From positions 12,102 to 43,236 of the forward strand of contig CAZUFC010000044.1 in NCBI GenBank assembly GCA_964619725.1: a stretch of DNA of 31,135 bases. Reading direction: 5' to 3'. The position numbers and the translations under genes were made by a program. The notes under the pieces were generated by a model. It was not told the origin of the DNA. It was given only the letters and a program-made list of their open reading frames with translations, and ran no database searches. Positions 9,364 to 17,615 of the stretch are shown piece after piece (the first letter of the stretch is position 1; every line of letters begins with the position of its first letter). Source of the DNA: an uncultured bacterium. Its GTDB lineage: Bacteria; CSSED10-310; CAZUFC01.

Positions 9364-9384
9364 CGGTCCTTTCGGTTCCGATTA
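9364..9384. promoter_or_regulatory. Candidate enhancer (UAS) for a sigma-54 activator
   Basis: CGGTCC-TTTCG-GTTCCG-ATTA, related to the dyad at 1296-1316; 65-85 bp upstream of the -24 element. Confidence 0.35.
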
Positions 9385-9669
9385 TTCGTGAGAACAATCA
9401 ATCCCTGGCTGTGTAAAGAATTCGCGGCTTTAATGTTTGTGGGGACTGTCGCTGCGAAATTCCGGTCTATAACGCATCACACGACTGCTATAACTCCGAA
9501 CTCCTACCCGCAGCACCCCTCGCACGACTGAATCTGCAGGAATTTAAACTGCCTCATATCAGTTTTAAGGAAAAATACGGGTGAGGATAAATTCACCGTT
9601 TATGGACAAAAACAGGGTAACGGGGACTGTTACTTTCTGTCAGTTTTATTCCATTGTAAAAACAACAAT

Positions 9670-9857
9670 TTCAGAACTCTTGACATACCCTAGTCAATCA
9701 ATTGATTTTAAATGCTTTTAAAACTCACCAATTCGGCAAAATTATTGTGAAATATTTTTGAATTTCACGACAAACAATATTGATATTCTTTGAACCGTGA
9801 TCCGTTTTCATCAAAAAATTCACAATTCTTTTCAGGCACATTGTCAGGAGCTCAGAA
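9670..9857. mobile_element. MITE-like element, family B (complete copy)
   Basis: Terminal inverted repeats TTCAGAACTCTTGACA (9670-9685) and TGTCAGGAGCTCAGAA (9842-9857, 13/16 match); internal IR ATTGTGAA/TTCACAAT; the left 82 bp recur at 30935-31016. Confidence 0.55.
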
Positions 9858-9983
9858 TTTAGCAATATTTATCAATAACGAAGAGGAAAACGCGGGGTGC
9901 GAGTAAACTTTACTGTTACAGAAACAAAGGTTTAAAAAGCATTAATATAAAATAAGTTAAAGGATTTAGGCTCATTCTGGTTT

Positions 9984-9999
9984 TGGCTTTGATTTTGCT
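9984..9999 (+). promoter_or_regulatory. Candidate sigma-54 promoter
   Basis: TGGCTTTGATTTTGCT: GG(9985-6)-N10-GC(9997-8), preceded by an AT-rich tract and followed by an RBS and ATG. Confidence 0.55.
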
Positions 10000-10027
10000 C
10001 AATCAAGAGTGGAATTGGAGGCGTATC

Positions 10028-10120
10028 ATGAGAGCAAATCTATTATTGTTTGCCGGGGTGATTTTGCTTTATGGCATCTGTATTTTGGTTTTGTTTTTTT
10101 CAATGAGTTTTCAATTGTAA
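10028..10120 (+). CDS. Small single-pass membrane peptide, 30 aa (not in the ORF track)
   Basis: GGAGG RBS (10017-10021) 6 nt before the ATG; translates MRANLLLFAGVILLYGICILVLFFSMSFQL-stop, with about 20 consecutive uncharged, mostly hydrophobic residues. Confidence 0.55.
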   Translation: MRANLLLFAGVILLYGICILVLFFSMSFQL

Positions 10121-10129
10121 AAAGAGGGG

Positions 10130-10428
10130 ATGATGAGAATACCCGGGATTTTGGAAAGCCTGCTGCAATCATGGACAACGTTGAACAAGCGGATAAGAGA
10201 AGAAGAGATTAGCAAAAAATTTAATCCGGTTTTATCGGTCATGCAAAATGAAAGAAAGATACAAATCAGTCGTCGAGAATTTAGGGGCATAGATCAAAAA
10301 TGCGTCTTTTGAGGTTACAATTAGAAAGAATATCTCATCATTTCGTTTCGATTGCGATACCGCCCCCGATTACTGAAACAAACTGTAATAAATTATGGAA
10401 GAAGTGTAACCCCGGTTTGATCAGTCCC
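10130..10428 (+). repeat. Interspersed repeat family A, copy 1 (diverged module plus MITE-like unit ending TGATCAGTCCC)
   Basis: 10333-10428 is clearly homologous to the reverse complement of 12311-12436. 10130-10220 weakly matches the reverse complements of 12540-12643 and 27656-27757 (GGACA...CGGATAAGA-AAGAAG). Confidence 0.7.
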
Positions 10429-10519
10429 GAATTCAGTAATATAAATGTTGCATTGTGCTGTTTCATGAGCGGAATAATCAGAGATGCGAAAGAGTGACGT
10501 GAAAGAGAAAAAAAGTTCG

Positions 10520-10745
10520 TTCCAGGAGGTTCTGGAAGGATATTTATGGAACGAAGATAATAGATGTGGGACTTCTCCTTTCAGGACAGTTGGGCATGGT
10601 GGGGTGACAGGAACTGCATTGTGAAGGTGGAGGTCGCGTCCGGGGATCCCCTCTCCAATTTATCGATCCCGGTGCGGCCTTCACCGGCCAGTCGCTGCTG
10701 TTGAAGGCTGGATTCTGGAGGAACGCCGGCAACCCTTTTCATTTT
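10520..10745 (+). ncRNA. Candidate GGA-rich small RNA (CsrB/Rsm-like)
   Basis: 12 GGA motifs in about 200 nt; ends in an imperfect hairpin (GTTGaaGGC...GCCggCAAC) followed by a T-rich tract; no convincing ORF. Confidence 0.3.
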
Positions 10746-10790
10746 ACAGTATATTTTTGAACGAAGCCCGGTTGCGCGCAGGGCCGGACG

Positions 10791-11999
10791 TCATAAGCGC
10801 AAGGCGCAGCACCGTCGGCAGAATGCATGGGCATTTGAGTTCAGCAGATAGCGCCGCATTTTTTTCATCTCCCTGCCGTTCCATACTCGTTTTAGAGGAG
10901 TATGCGAGACGTTTCCATAAACGAAATAGAAATAGAGTCCGCAGAATACGGCATCGCCGTTTGGAAAAACATTCATGACGTTCCAGGGGAGGGGACATGT
11001 TTTTTTCGGCATTTCCCAATCCTCCCACGCTCCGTAATAAGCAATAATTTCTTCGTCGGTATAATCAGGTTCGACAGCTATTGGAATTCCGGTTTGAGCC
11101 GATAGTTTTCTAATTATTTTTAATTGGTCGATCACAGTTTTACCGTCGATTTTCATCCGGTCTCCCGCCGCTTCTGTGCCGCCGAATGGAAAAGCCGCGC
11201 CGACATTACCGTCGAATCCGCGATCAGAATTCCCGGATACGCTTTCAATGGTGTTGAAGATCAGGTGTCTTACGCTGATTTGATCAGGATTGAATCTTAT
11301 CATTTCCTTGACCGTCGGAACGATTAACTTATAATTGGCGCTGCAGAGGGTAAAAATGAGTTTTATATTGGAACGATTATTTTTTCCGTTAAGCGAAACG
11401 ACCTTCTCTATGCCCCGGCAGGCTGCATCGAAAGAACCTTCGCATCCCGTAATATCATCGTAAACGCTTCCGATACCGTCGAACGATACGCCGATCAGGT
11501 TTACACCGCTGTTTATCAGGGACGGAGCTGCAGCTTCCAGATTGCCTCCGTTCGTGGTTAAAGAAACGAACAACCTCTTTTCCGCAAGTTCAAACAGCAG
11601 ACTGTCGATGGCGCCGTATTCCAGGGGTTCTCCCCCGAAAATGCTCACCGTGGGCTTGTATCCGCTTATATCGTCTATGATTTTGCGGCGAGTTTCTACG
11701 CTCATGTCCGTCAACCAATCATGCGGCAATTTGTTTTCTTCCATCGACTTCAGTATCTCCGGATGAGAACAATACCGGCACTTGTAAGAACACTTCAGGG
11801 TCGGAACCAGGCTCAAAGTCCAGGGCAGAAAACTCCAGTCCGTTTTTATCCTCCCGGGTAAAAGACTTAACGTCAACCGCTGCCTTATACCCGAACTGAT
11901 CAGCGCTCTTTCTCGAAGCGCCTTAGCCAGATAATCCGGCGCCTTGGAAATCAGGTCTTTAAAAATTTGAGTTCTGTTCGATTTTGTAGCCATATCCAT
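10791..11999 (-). CDS. Radical SAM protein with C-terminal SPASM/Twitch domain
   Basis: CSYKCRYC (CX3CX2C), GGEPL, TTNG, VSFDG; C-terminal CPLPW...NGDAVFC...GNV...CRRCC; AGAGG RBS. Confidence 0.92.
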   Translation of the reverse strand: MDMATKSNRTQIFKDLISKAPDYLAKALRERALISSGIRQRLTLSLLPGRIKTDWSFLPWTLSLVPTLKCSYKCRYCSHPEILKSMEENKLPHDWLTDMSVETRRKIIDDISGYKPTVSIFGGEPLEYGAIDSLLFELAEKRLFVSLTTNGGNLEAAAPSLINSGVNLIGVSFDGIGSVYDDITGCEGSFDAACRGIEKVVSLNGKNNRSNIKLIFTLCSANYKLIVPTVKEMIRFNPDQISVRHLIFNTIESVSGNSDRGFDGNVGAAFPFGGTEAAGDRMKIDGKTVIDQLKIIRKLSAQTGIPIAVEPDYTDEEIIAYYGAWEDWEMPKKTCPLPWNVMNVFPNGDAVFCGLYFYFVYGNVSHTPLKRVWNGREMKKMRRYLLNSNAHAFCRRCCALRL

Positions 12000-12310
12000 A
12001 TTGGAATCCTCTCTAACGAAAGCCTTAAAACCGCATTTTACTGCATTAAATAAATTCCAATGTCGCCGGCTTGTATTTTTTCATTTCCTGTTAAGGGATA
12101 ATTGAGAAGTCCTTCTTAAAGGCAGCCGTAAATTGCAGAATACGCTGATTTATTCACAATTTTCTGTAACCTTTCGTTTTAAGACTTATCTTCTGTCAGA
12201 TTAAAGCAAAAAACATTTTCTGTTTTCAAATGTACTAACGGGCATGAGAATTGTCAAGATGGTGAACCCGTTGCGGCGAGGGGCTTCGGCTGCGGGATAA
12301 GAGGAAAAGT

Positions 12311-12643
12311 GGGACTGATCAGACCGGGGTTACACTTCTTTAAAAACTTTTTACAGTTTGTTTCAGTAATCGGTATCGGTATCGTTATCGGGTTCGGTAT
12401 CGAGGCAGCAATCGCAGTCGAAACAAAATGATGAGAATTTATTTCGAATTGCAGCCGCTGTTTGATCAGTCCCCGCAAATGTATTCCTGTGTGAAGTGAG
12501 TTCTAAACAGAGTTGCAGACGGGTGCAGCAATTTTTACTATCGCTACATTTTTTATCCGTGAGGATTATTGTCCGTCGTTTTGGCGTCTTTTCAACTGTT
12601 TCTCCAAACCCGAATATTTCGATCATCGCTTCCATTTCCGTTT
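12311..12643 (-). mobile_element. Repeat family A, copy 2: MITE-like unit 12311-12473 plus adjacent ~100-bp module
   Basis: Perfect 11-bp terminal IR GGGACTGATCA (12311-12321) / TGATCAGTCCC (12463-12473); internal ATCGGT-type hexamer repeat at 12369-12404; 12540-12643 is homologous to 27656-27757. Confidence 0.7.
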
Positions 12644-12788
12644 TTATGCGTCAAATTTATGGGACTACGGCGCCGGTTAATTTTTCTTGACATTTCGTTT
12701 CATCATGAATAACTGATGTAGTGGTTTTCGTGGTGAACCGGCCATTAAAATTCACATCTGGCGACCTTATTATGGGAGGACGGGCAGA

Positions 12789-14207
12789 ATGAAGAAAGAC
12801 CGGGATAAAAGGAAAGCATATGCGACTCCTGAATTGGAAGAGGTTGATCCAGCGCATGCTTTGAGTTATCAGCAAAAGAGTCTTGACATGGAGATTTTTC
12901 GATATATTGACGGAGAGGGCATCGAATCGATGGCTGAGCGATATGGGACTCCTTTGTATGTTATTTCAGAAAAAAGGTTGAGGGAAGATTACATAAGGGT
13001 CCTGCGGTCTTTCGTCGAATATTATCCTGATACTGTAGCCGCTTATTCGTACAAGACGAATTATCTGTCGGCGATATGCGCTATATTGAGGGAAGAAGGC
13101 GCCTGGGCAGAAGTTGTATCCGGTTTTGAATACAGAATAGCGCGTGATTTGGGAATACCGGGTTCCAATATTATTTTCAACGGCCCGTGGAAGACGGATG
13201 ATGAACTGGGAAAGGCTTTTGACGAAGGAGCTCTAGTGAATCTGGATTCATTTTCCGAGCTGGACAGGGTGGAGGAAATTTCGAAGCGAAAGAAGCGGAA
13301 GCTGAAGGTGGGCGTAAGGGTCAATTTTAAGTTGAATTATCCTCCCTGGGCCAAATTCGGATTCAATGCCGAATCGGGCCAGGCTTTTGATGCCTGTCGT
13401 CGGATAAAGGAGTGCGAATATCTGGAGCTTTCCGGTTTTCATGTTCATGCCGGGACTTTCATTCTTGATTTGGACGTATATGAGAAGAGCACAAGGTCGA
13501 TGATCGAACTGGCGAATCGAGTCAGGAACGAACTGGGGCAAGAGCCGGAATATTTTGACATAGGGGGAGGATATGCATCTTCCAACACTCTTCATGCTCA
13601 GTTTTTAAGAGGGGAAACGACAACGCCGCCTATTGAAGAGTATGCCCGGGCGATAGGGGGCACGCTCGGCCGTTATGCGGACTCTTTCAACAAGAGACCT
13701 GTTTTATTCATAGAGCCCGGTCGAGCGGTCGTTGATCCCTGTATGAGTTTATTGACGAGGGTAGTAGCTGTAAAAAGTTTCCCTAACGGCGAAAAGGGCG
13801 TAATATTGGATGCGGGGGTCAATTTATTAAGCACGGCATACTGGTATAAGCATGAGGTGGAATTATCGACGAAGGAGTCACGGCCTATAGAGGAAGTGAA
13901 TATTTTGGGAGCTTTGTGCATGAACATTGATGTTCTTCGAAGAAAAGCGCGTCTGCCTGCGCTCAAGGTCGGCGATATACTGAGGTTTAAAAACGTGGGC
14001 GCGTATAATTTTTCTCAATCCCTTCAATTTATATTTCCGCGTCCGCGAGTCATTCTGATTGGTCCGGATAAGACGGAAATCGTCCGACTTGCTGAAGACG
14101 AACGATATATCAGGCGTCTGGAGCGTTTACCGGAACATCTGTCGAATGAAGAAAGCCGCAACAGCGTTCTTCCTCGTCCGCCGGATTCAGGATCAAAGCA
14201 GAGTTAA
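12789..14207 (+). CDS. Fold-type-III PLP decarboxylase (diaminopimelate decarboxylase/LysA-like, non-canonical substrate loop)
   Basis: YGTPLYV, YSYKTN (PLP lysine), FNGPWK, KFG, HVHAG, DIGGG, EPGR, GALCMNID and GAY motifs; GGGAGGA RBS 8 nt before ATG 12789. Confidence 0.9.
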   Translation: MKKDRDKRKAYATPELEEVDPAHALSYQQKSLDMEIFRYIDGEGIESMAERYGTPLYVISEKRLREDYIRVLRSFVEYYPDTVAAYSYKTNYLSAICAILREEGAWAEVVSGFEYRIARDLGIPGSNIIFNGPWKTDDELGKAFDEGALVNLDSFSELDRVEEISKRKKRKLKVGVRVNFKLNYPPWAKFGFNAESGQAFDACRRIKECEYLELSGFHVHAGTFILDLDVYEKSTRSMIELANRVRNELGQEPEYFDIGGGYASSNTLHAQFLRGETTTPPIEEYARAIGGTLGRYADSFNKRPVLFIEPGRAVVDPCMSLLTRVVAVKSFPNGEKGVILDAGVNLLSTAYWYKHEVELSTKESRPIEEVNILGALCMNIDVLRRKARLPALKVGDILRFKNVGAYNFSQSLQFIFPRPRVILIGPDKTEIVRLAEDERYIRRLERLPEHLSNEESRNSVLPRPPDSGSKQS

Positions 14208-14217
14208 TCCGAATTAA

Positions 14218-16089
14218 ATGAAACTGAATACGAAAAATTTTATGAAGTCGTCGCTGAACGGACTGGGGGCAGCGTTTTTCTGCGCCAATCCTCTGTCCGG
14301 CTTTTTTTTTGGACTGGCGTTGCTTTTATTAAGCGTAAAAACATTTTTTTACGTATTGACGGCATTGGTAATTTCAACGATAACGGCGGTGATATTGAAA
14401 CGGGACGAGGAGCTTGTTTATTCGGGCGTGTACGGTTATAACGCGGCGCTGTTGGGATTGTACTGGACCTGTTTCAGTCCTTCCGGCGTCCAGGTATGGT
14501 TGGGATTGGCTGCGGCATCGGTGATGGTATTCCTGGTGATGGAAGTTTTTCTGAATTTGTTCGTATACAGGCGATGGAACATGCCGGCGTTGAGTTTTCC
14601 GTCGTTAATCGTGATATGGATTTCATGCCTGGCGATGGGCGGTATGAAGATAGCGTGGTCTGATCTTCAATTGACGCCGGCCGGATTTGAAGACATTTTT
14701 TCGTATGATTGGTCCTCTTTTCAAGCTGTGTTTATAGATTGGATGTATTGGAGCAAGGCATTGCTGAAATATATGCCGGCGGTGTTATGTTTTTGTGCGG
14801 GGATACTGGTGCATTCACGCATCATGCTGGCGACAGCGATTTCAGGAGCGGCTGCCGGGCTTTTCCTGGCATTATTCATGGGAGCCAATGACGGATTTCT
14901 GTGGATGGATTTTTATCTGATTACGACGACCCCGATTGCGGCGGCCTTATGCGGTTTTTTCATATACTTGAAAAAGCGGACGATTGTTTATACGGCATGT
15001 GCGATCCTGTTTTCAGCGCCTGTCTGGTATGCCGCGCACAAGCTGCTTTCGGAATCGGGACTGCCGATATTCACGGCTCCCTTCGCCGTCGTCGTTTTCC
15101 TTTTTTTGCTCCCCTTGAAGTTGCGTCCCAGGACTTTCCAGAAAGTAGGATTAACGCCTACTCCGCTAATATTGGCGGCTTCGCCCGAATATGTCGCGAA
15201 GGTCAGAAAAGACGAAGAGATGGGCGAATCGTTCTGGGATACAATTTATCTAACAGAAGAGGAAAGGTGGTGGAAACTGGACATGGCCGACAAGATCAAC
15301 AAAGCTGTCGAAATATTAATGAATTCAAGCAAGATAGCAGCGTTTACGGGCGCCGGCATCAGTACAGAATCGGGGATACCCGACTACAGAACGGAATTTT
15401 TGCATTGGAAAAAATATGATACCAGTCATTTTCGGTATGAAAGGTTCGTCAGAAGCGAGGAATCGCGGCGTTATTACTGGCAGATGAGTCAGGATTTTTA
15501 TCTGGTCATTAAACAGGCGGAGCCTAATGTTGCGCATCTGGCTCTGGCTGAACTGGAAAAAATGGGTAAGCTGAAGAAAATAATAACGCAAAATGTGGAC
15601 AGGCTGCATCAGAAAGCAGGGAATAAGCCTGAGAACGTTCTTGAGTTGCACGGGAATGAATTGACGGTAAGATGTTTGAAATGCGGGAAGAAGTATCCGA
15701 GATCGGTCGTGTACCAGTGGATCATTAATGGAATGAGCGTGCCTTATTGTCTGGAGTGCCAGGGGTTGTTGAAACCGGCTTCAGTGGCTTTCGGCGAACC
15801 CATGCCTTACGAAACGAGTAAAGAAGCTTTCAGGGCTTCGCTAGATTGCGATCTCTTCCTCGTTATAGGGTCATCTCTCCTTGTCCAGCCCGCTGCCCTT
15901 CTGCCGTGGAAAGCCAAAGAAAACGGCGCCCGGCTCATCATCATCACCTTGACGCCGACTCAGTACGATCAACAGGCCGATCTGGTTTTCAGGCAAAAAG
16001 CCGGCGATATTTTGCCTCTGCTCACGGAACGTTTGAAAGGTATGGCTCATTACTATTCGACGGAAAGCAGATTCAGCCGGAACGATTAG
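14218..16089 (+). CDS. Urea transporter (UT family) - sirtuin (Sir2/CobB NAD-dependent deacylase) fusion
   Basis: The N-terminal ~300 aa are polytopic, with NPLSG, GVYGYNAALLG and LPIFTAPF UT-like motifs. From ~15283: GAGISTESGIPDYR, ITQNVDRLHQKAG, ELHG, CLKC/CLEC zinc site, FGE, GSSLLVQPA. One uninterrupted frame. Confidence 0.88.
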   Translation: MKLNTKNFMKSSLNGLGAAFFCANPLSGFFFGLALLLLSVKTFFYVLTALVISTITAVILKRDEELVYSGVYGYNAALLGLYWTCFSPSGVQVWLGLAAASVMVFLVMEVFLNLFVYRRWNMPALSFPSLIVIWISCLAMGGMKIAWSDLQLTPAGFEDIFSYDWSSFQAVFIDWMYWSKALLKYMPAVLCFCAGILVHSRIMLATAISGAAAGLFLALFMGANDGFLWMDFYLITTTPIAAALCGFFIYLKKRTIVYTACAILFSAPVWYAAHKLLSESGLPIFTAPFAVVVFLFLLPLKLRPRTFQKVGLTPTPLILAASPEYVAKVRKDEEMGESFWDTIYLTEEERWWKLDMADKINKAVEILMNSSKIAAFTGAGISTESGIPDYRTEFLHWKKYDTSHFRYERFVRSEESRRYYWQMSQDFYLVIKQAEPNVAHLALAELEKMGKLKKIITQNVDRLHQKAGNKPENVLELHGNELTVRCLKCGKKYPRSVVYQWIINGMSVPYCLECQGLLKPASVAFGEPMPYETSKEAFRASLDCDLFLVIGSSLLVQPAALLPWKAKENGARLIIITLTPTQYDQQADLVFRQKAGDILPLLTERLKGMAHYYSTESRFSRND

Positions 16090-16090
16090 C

Positions 16091-17599
16091 ATGACGATAA
16101 TTTCATATGCTACAGCCGCAGGTGCAGTCTTGTTGGCTTTCGCGGCCGGCGCAGCGTTTGCCGGAAACGGGTTTCATTTATCCTGGTCAGGCGAATTCCT
16201 GGCCGTTCCCGTCATGATGAACAATAATATCGATCTGGACAACTCAGACAAAAAAGATGAAATTACTTACCTCAGCGCCGCATTGTACATTTCGGGACAT
16301 TTGTATTACCGCCAAAGCGCCGGATTGCACCTGGCCCTGCGAACAGAGCAGAAATCAGGCTATACTCTGCCTTTGAAGGAAAAAGTCACAACTTACTACG
16401 GCGCTTATGAGCGTGACGACTTGTTCGATTATGTGCCGCACCTGGAAGAGCTGTATGCGGACTTTCAAATTGGAAGCTCCTGCAGGCGGATTAAAATCGG
16501 TTTATTTCCGATTCGGTCGGACAGCATGACTTTGAGCAACAAACATGAAAACTATGGGATGAGTTACATTTACGCCAGAGATAACTATACTTACGAGTTT
16601 TTTTTCGGGGTATGCGACTGGAACAACGAATTATACGTCGGCGGCGGCACGGAAGCGGAATCCGAAAGAAGAAAGGGTAAAAACCGTTCGAATGCTTATT
16701 TCAGTTACTTTCAGGGCCGTTACGAAAATCATTCTCAGAAATTTTTATTGTATACCGCTGTTTTGCATGATGTGACGTCGCCTGAAGACAGGCTTACTTT
16801 TCTGAACAGAAAAGTGAAAAAATCAACCCTGGGCATGGTGGGATTTAGGTATGGCTTCGATACGCCTCGGACCGGCTGGAGATTGGAGGCGGCAAGAAAT
16901 TTCGGGAAGGATGAGGTTGAAGGCGCTGCGGATTTCAACCATAAGGGTTATTTAATAAGCGGCAGAAGTTCGCTTTTTTGGGGGATGTTCGAATTTTACA
17001 TTAATTTTATAATTGCTTCGGGAAACGAATGGGATGAAAATGAATATTTTTCCGACTCATTCGGATTCGATGAGAATGAAGCCTTTTCATTTTATTCTCC
17101 GGGGAATATGTGGCTTTTCGATTCACGATATCCGACTTATCTGGGACCGGCGGCGGCGACGGGGAGCGGCTGGGGATTAAATTACGGCATCGGGCGTCCG
17201 GGCATCTTTAATGATCCGCATCTTCCCTCCAATATCATTTTATACAATTTAGGAATCGAGTCCCATATATTGAACGGATTGGAGGCGTCGACGGATTTTT
17301 ATTATCTGAAGTCGCATCGCAGCGGCATAGGCATGCGCGATGTGGGCGGGGACTTGAAAAAATGGGAGACTTTTAAGCTGCCCAGAACATTAGGTTCAGA
17401 GGTCGATTTTCATTTATCGTACCGGTACAGTTCCGAATTGTCCTTCAGCCTGATGGTCGGATATTTTCTGCCGATGGATTACTATGAAGCGAAACGTGAC
17501 GATGATGATCCTTACGGCATATTTCCCCGCTTGAACGATTCAGGAAAGACGGACGGAGTATGTCAGGCGGAATTGGGAATTCGCTTGAAAATGTTTTAG
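16091..17599 (+). CDS. Putative outer-membrane beta-barrel protein (alginate-export/porin-like)
   Basis: Signal peptide ending AFA; aromatic-rich alternating strands; LGSEVDF..SYRY..LSFSL..GYF pattern; terminal Phe. Starts 1 nt after the fusion gene stop. Confidence 0.65.
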   Translation: MTIISYATAAGAVLLAFAAGAAFAGNGFHLSWSGEFLAVPVMMNNNIDLDNSDKKDEITYLSAALYISGHLYYRQSAGLHLALRTEQKSGYTLPLKEKVTTYYGAYERDDLFDYVPHLEELYADFQIGSSCRRIKIGLFPIRSDSMTLSNKHENYGMSYIYARDNYTYEFFFGVCDWNNELYVGGGTEAESERRKGKNRSNAYFSYFQGRYENHSQKFLLYTAVLHDVTSPEDRLTFLNRKVKKSTLGMVGFRYGFDTPRTGWRLEAARNFGKDEVEGAADFNHKGYLISGRSSLFWGMFEFYINFIIASGNEWDENEYFSDSFGFDENEAFSFYSPGNMWLFDSRYPTYLGPAAATGSGWGLNYGIGRPGIFNDPHLPSNIILYNLGIESHILNGLEASTDFYYLKSHRSGIGMRDVGGDLKKWETFKLPRTLGSEVDFHLSYRYSSELSFSLMVGYFLPMDYYEAKRDDDDPYGIFPRLNDSGKTDGVCQAELGIRLKMF

Positions 17600-17615
17600 G
17601 CGTCGGGAATTAAGG

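Noticed and set aside
9440-9640. Integron attC/attI-like or CRISPR-like short repeats (CTATAAC x2, CACGACTG x2, GGGGACTGT x2)
   Set aside because: No paired R''/R' boxes forming an attC hairpin, no integrase, no regular repeat-spacer period, no cas genes.
10130-10312. 60-aa ORF with AGAGGGG RBS directly after the 30-aa peptide
   Set aside because: It overlaps the family-A repeat module, whose other copies do not preserve this protein; it cannot be excluded but is unsupported.
10544-10732. 62-aa minus-strand ORF with CSSCH (CxxCH) as cytochrome or radical SAM precursor peptide
   Set aside because: TTG start two codons after a stop, no spaced RBS, no signal peptide; better explained as the antisense of the GGA-rich element.
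12254-12690. ORFs 12254-12478, 12363-12635 and 12496-12690 (and 10300-10497)
   Set aside because: They are translations of the repeat element and its hexamer microsatellite (IPNPITIPIP, DTEPDNDTDTD).
12645-12788. Lysine riboswitch or firm promoter ahead of the LysA-like gene
   Set aside because: No L-box features and too little room; TTGACA at 12687 has only a poor -10 partner.
15283-16089. Anti-phage SIR2 NADase (Thoeris/DSR type)
   Set aside because: The domain has the zinc module and FGE/GSS motifs of classical deacylase sirtuins, and there are no defence-type neighbours.
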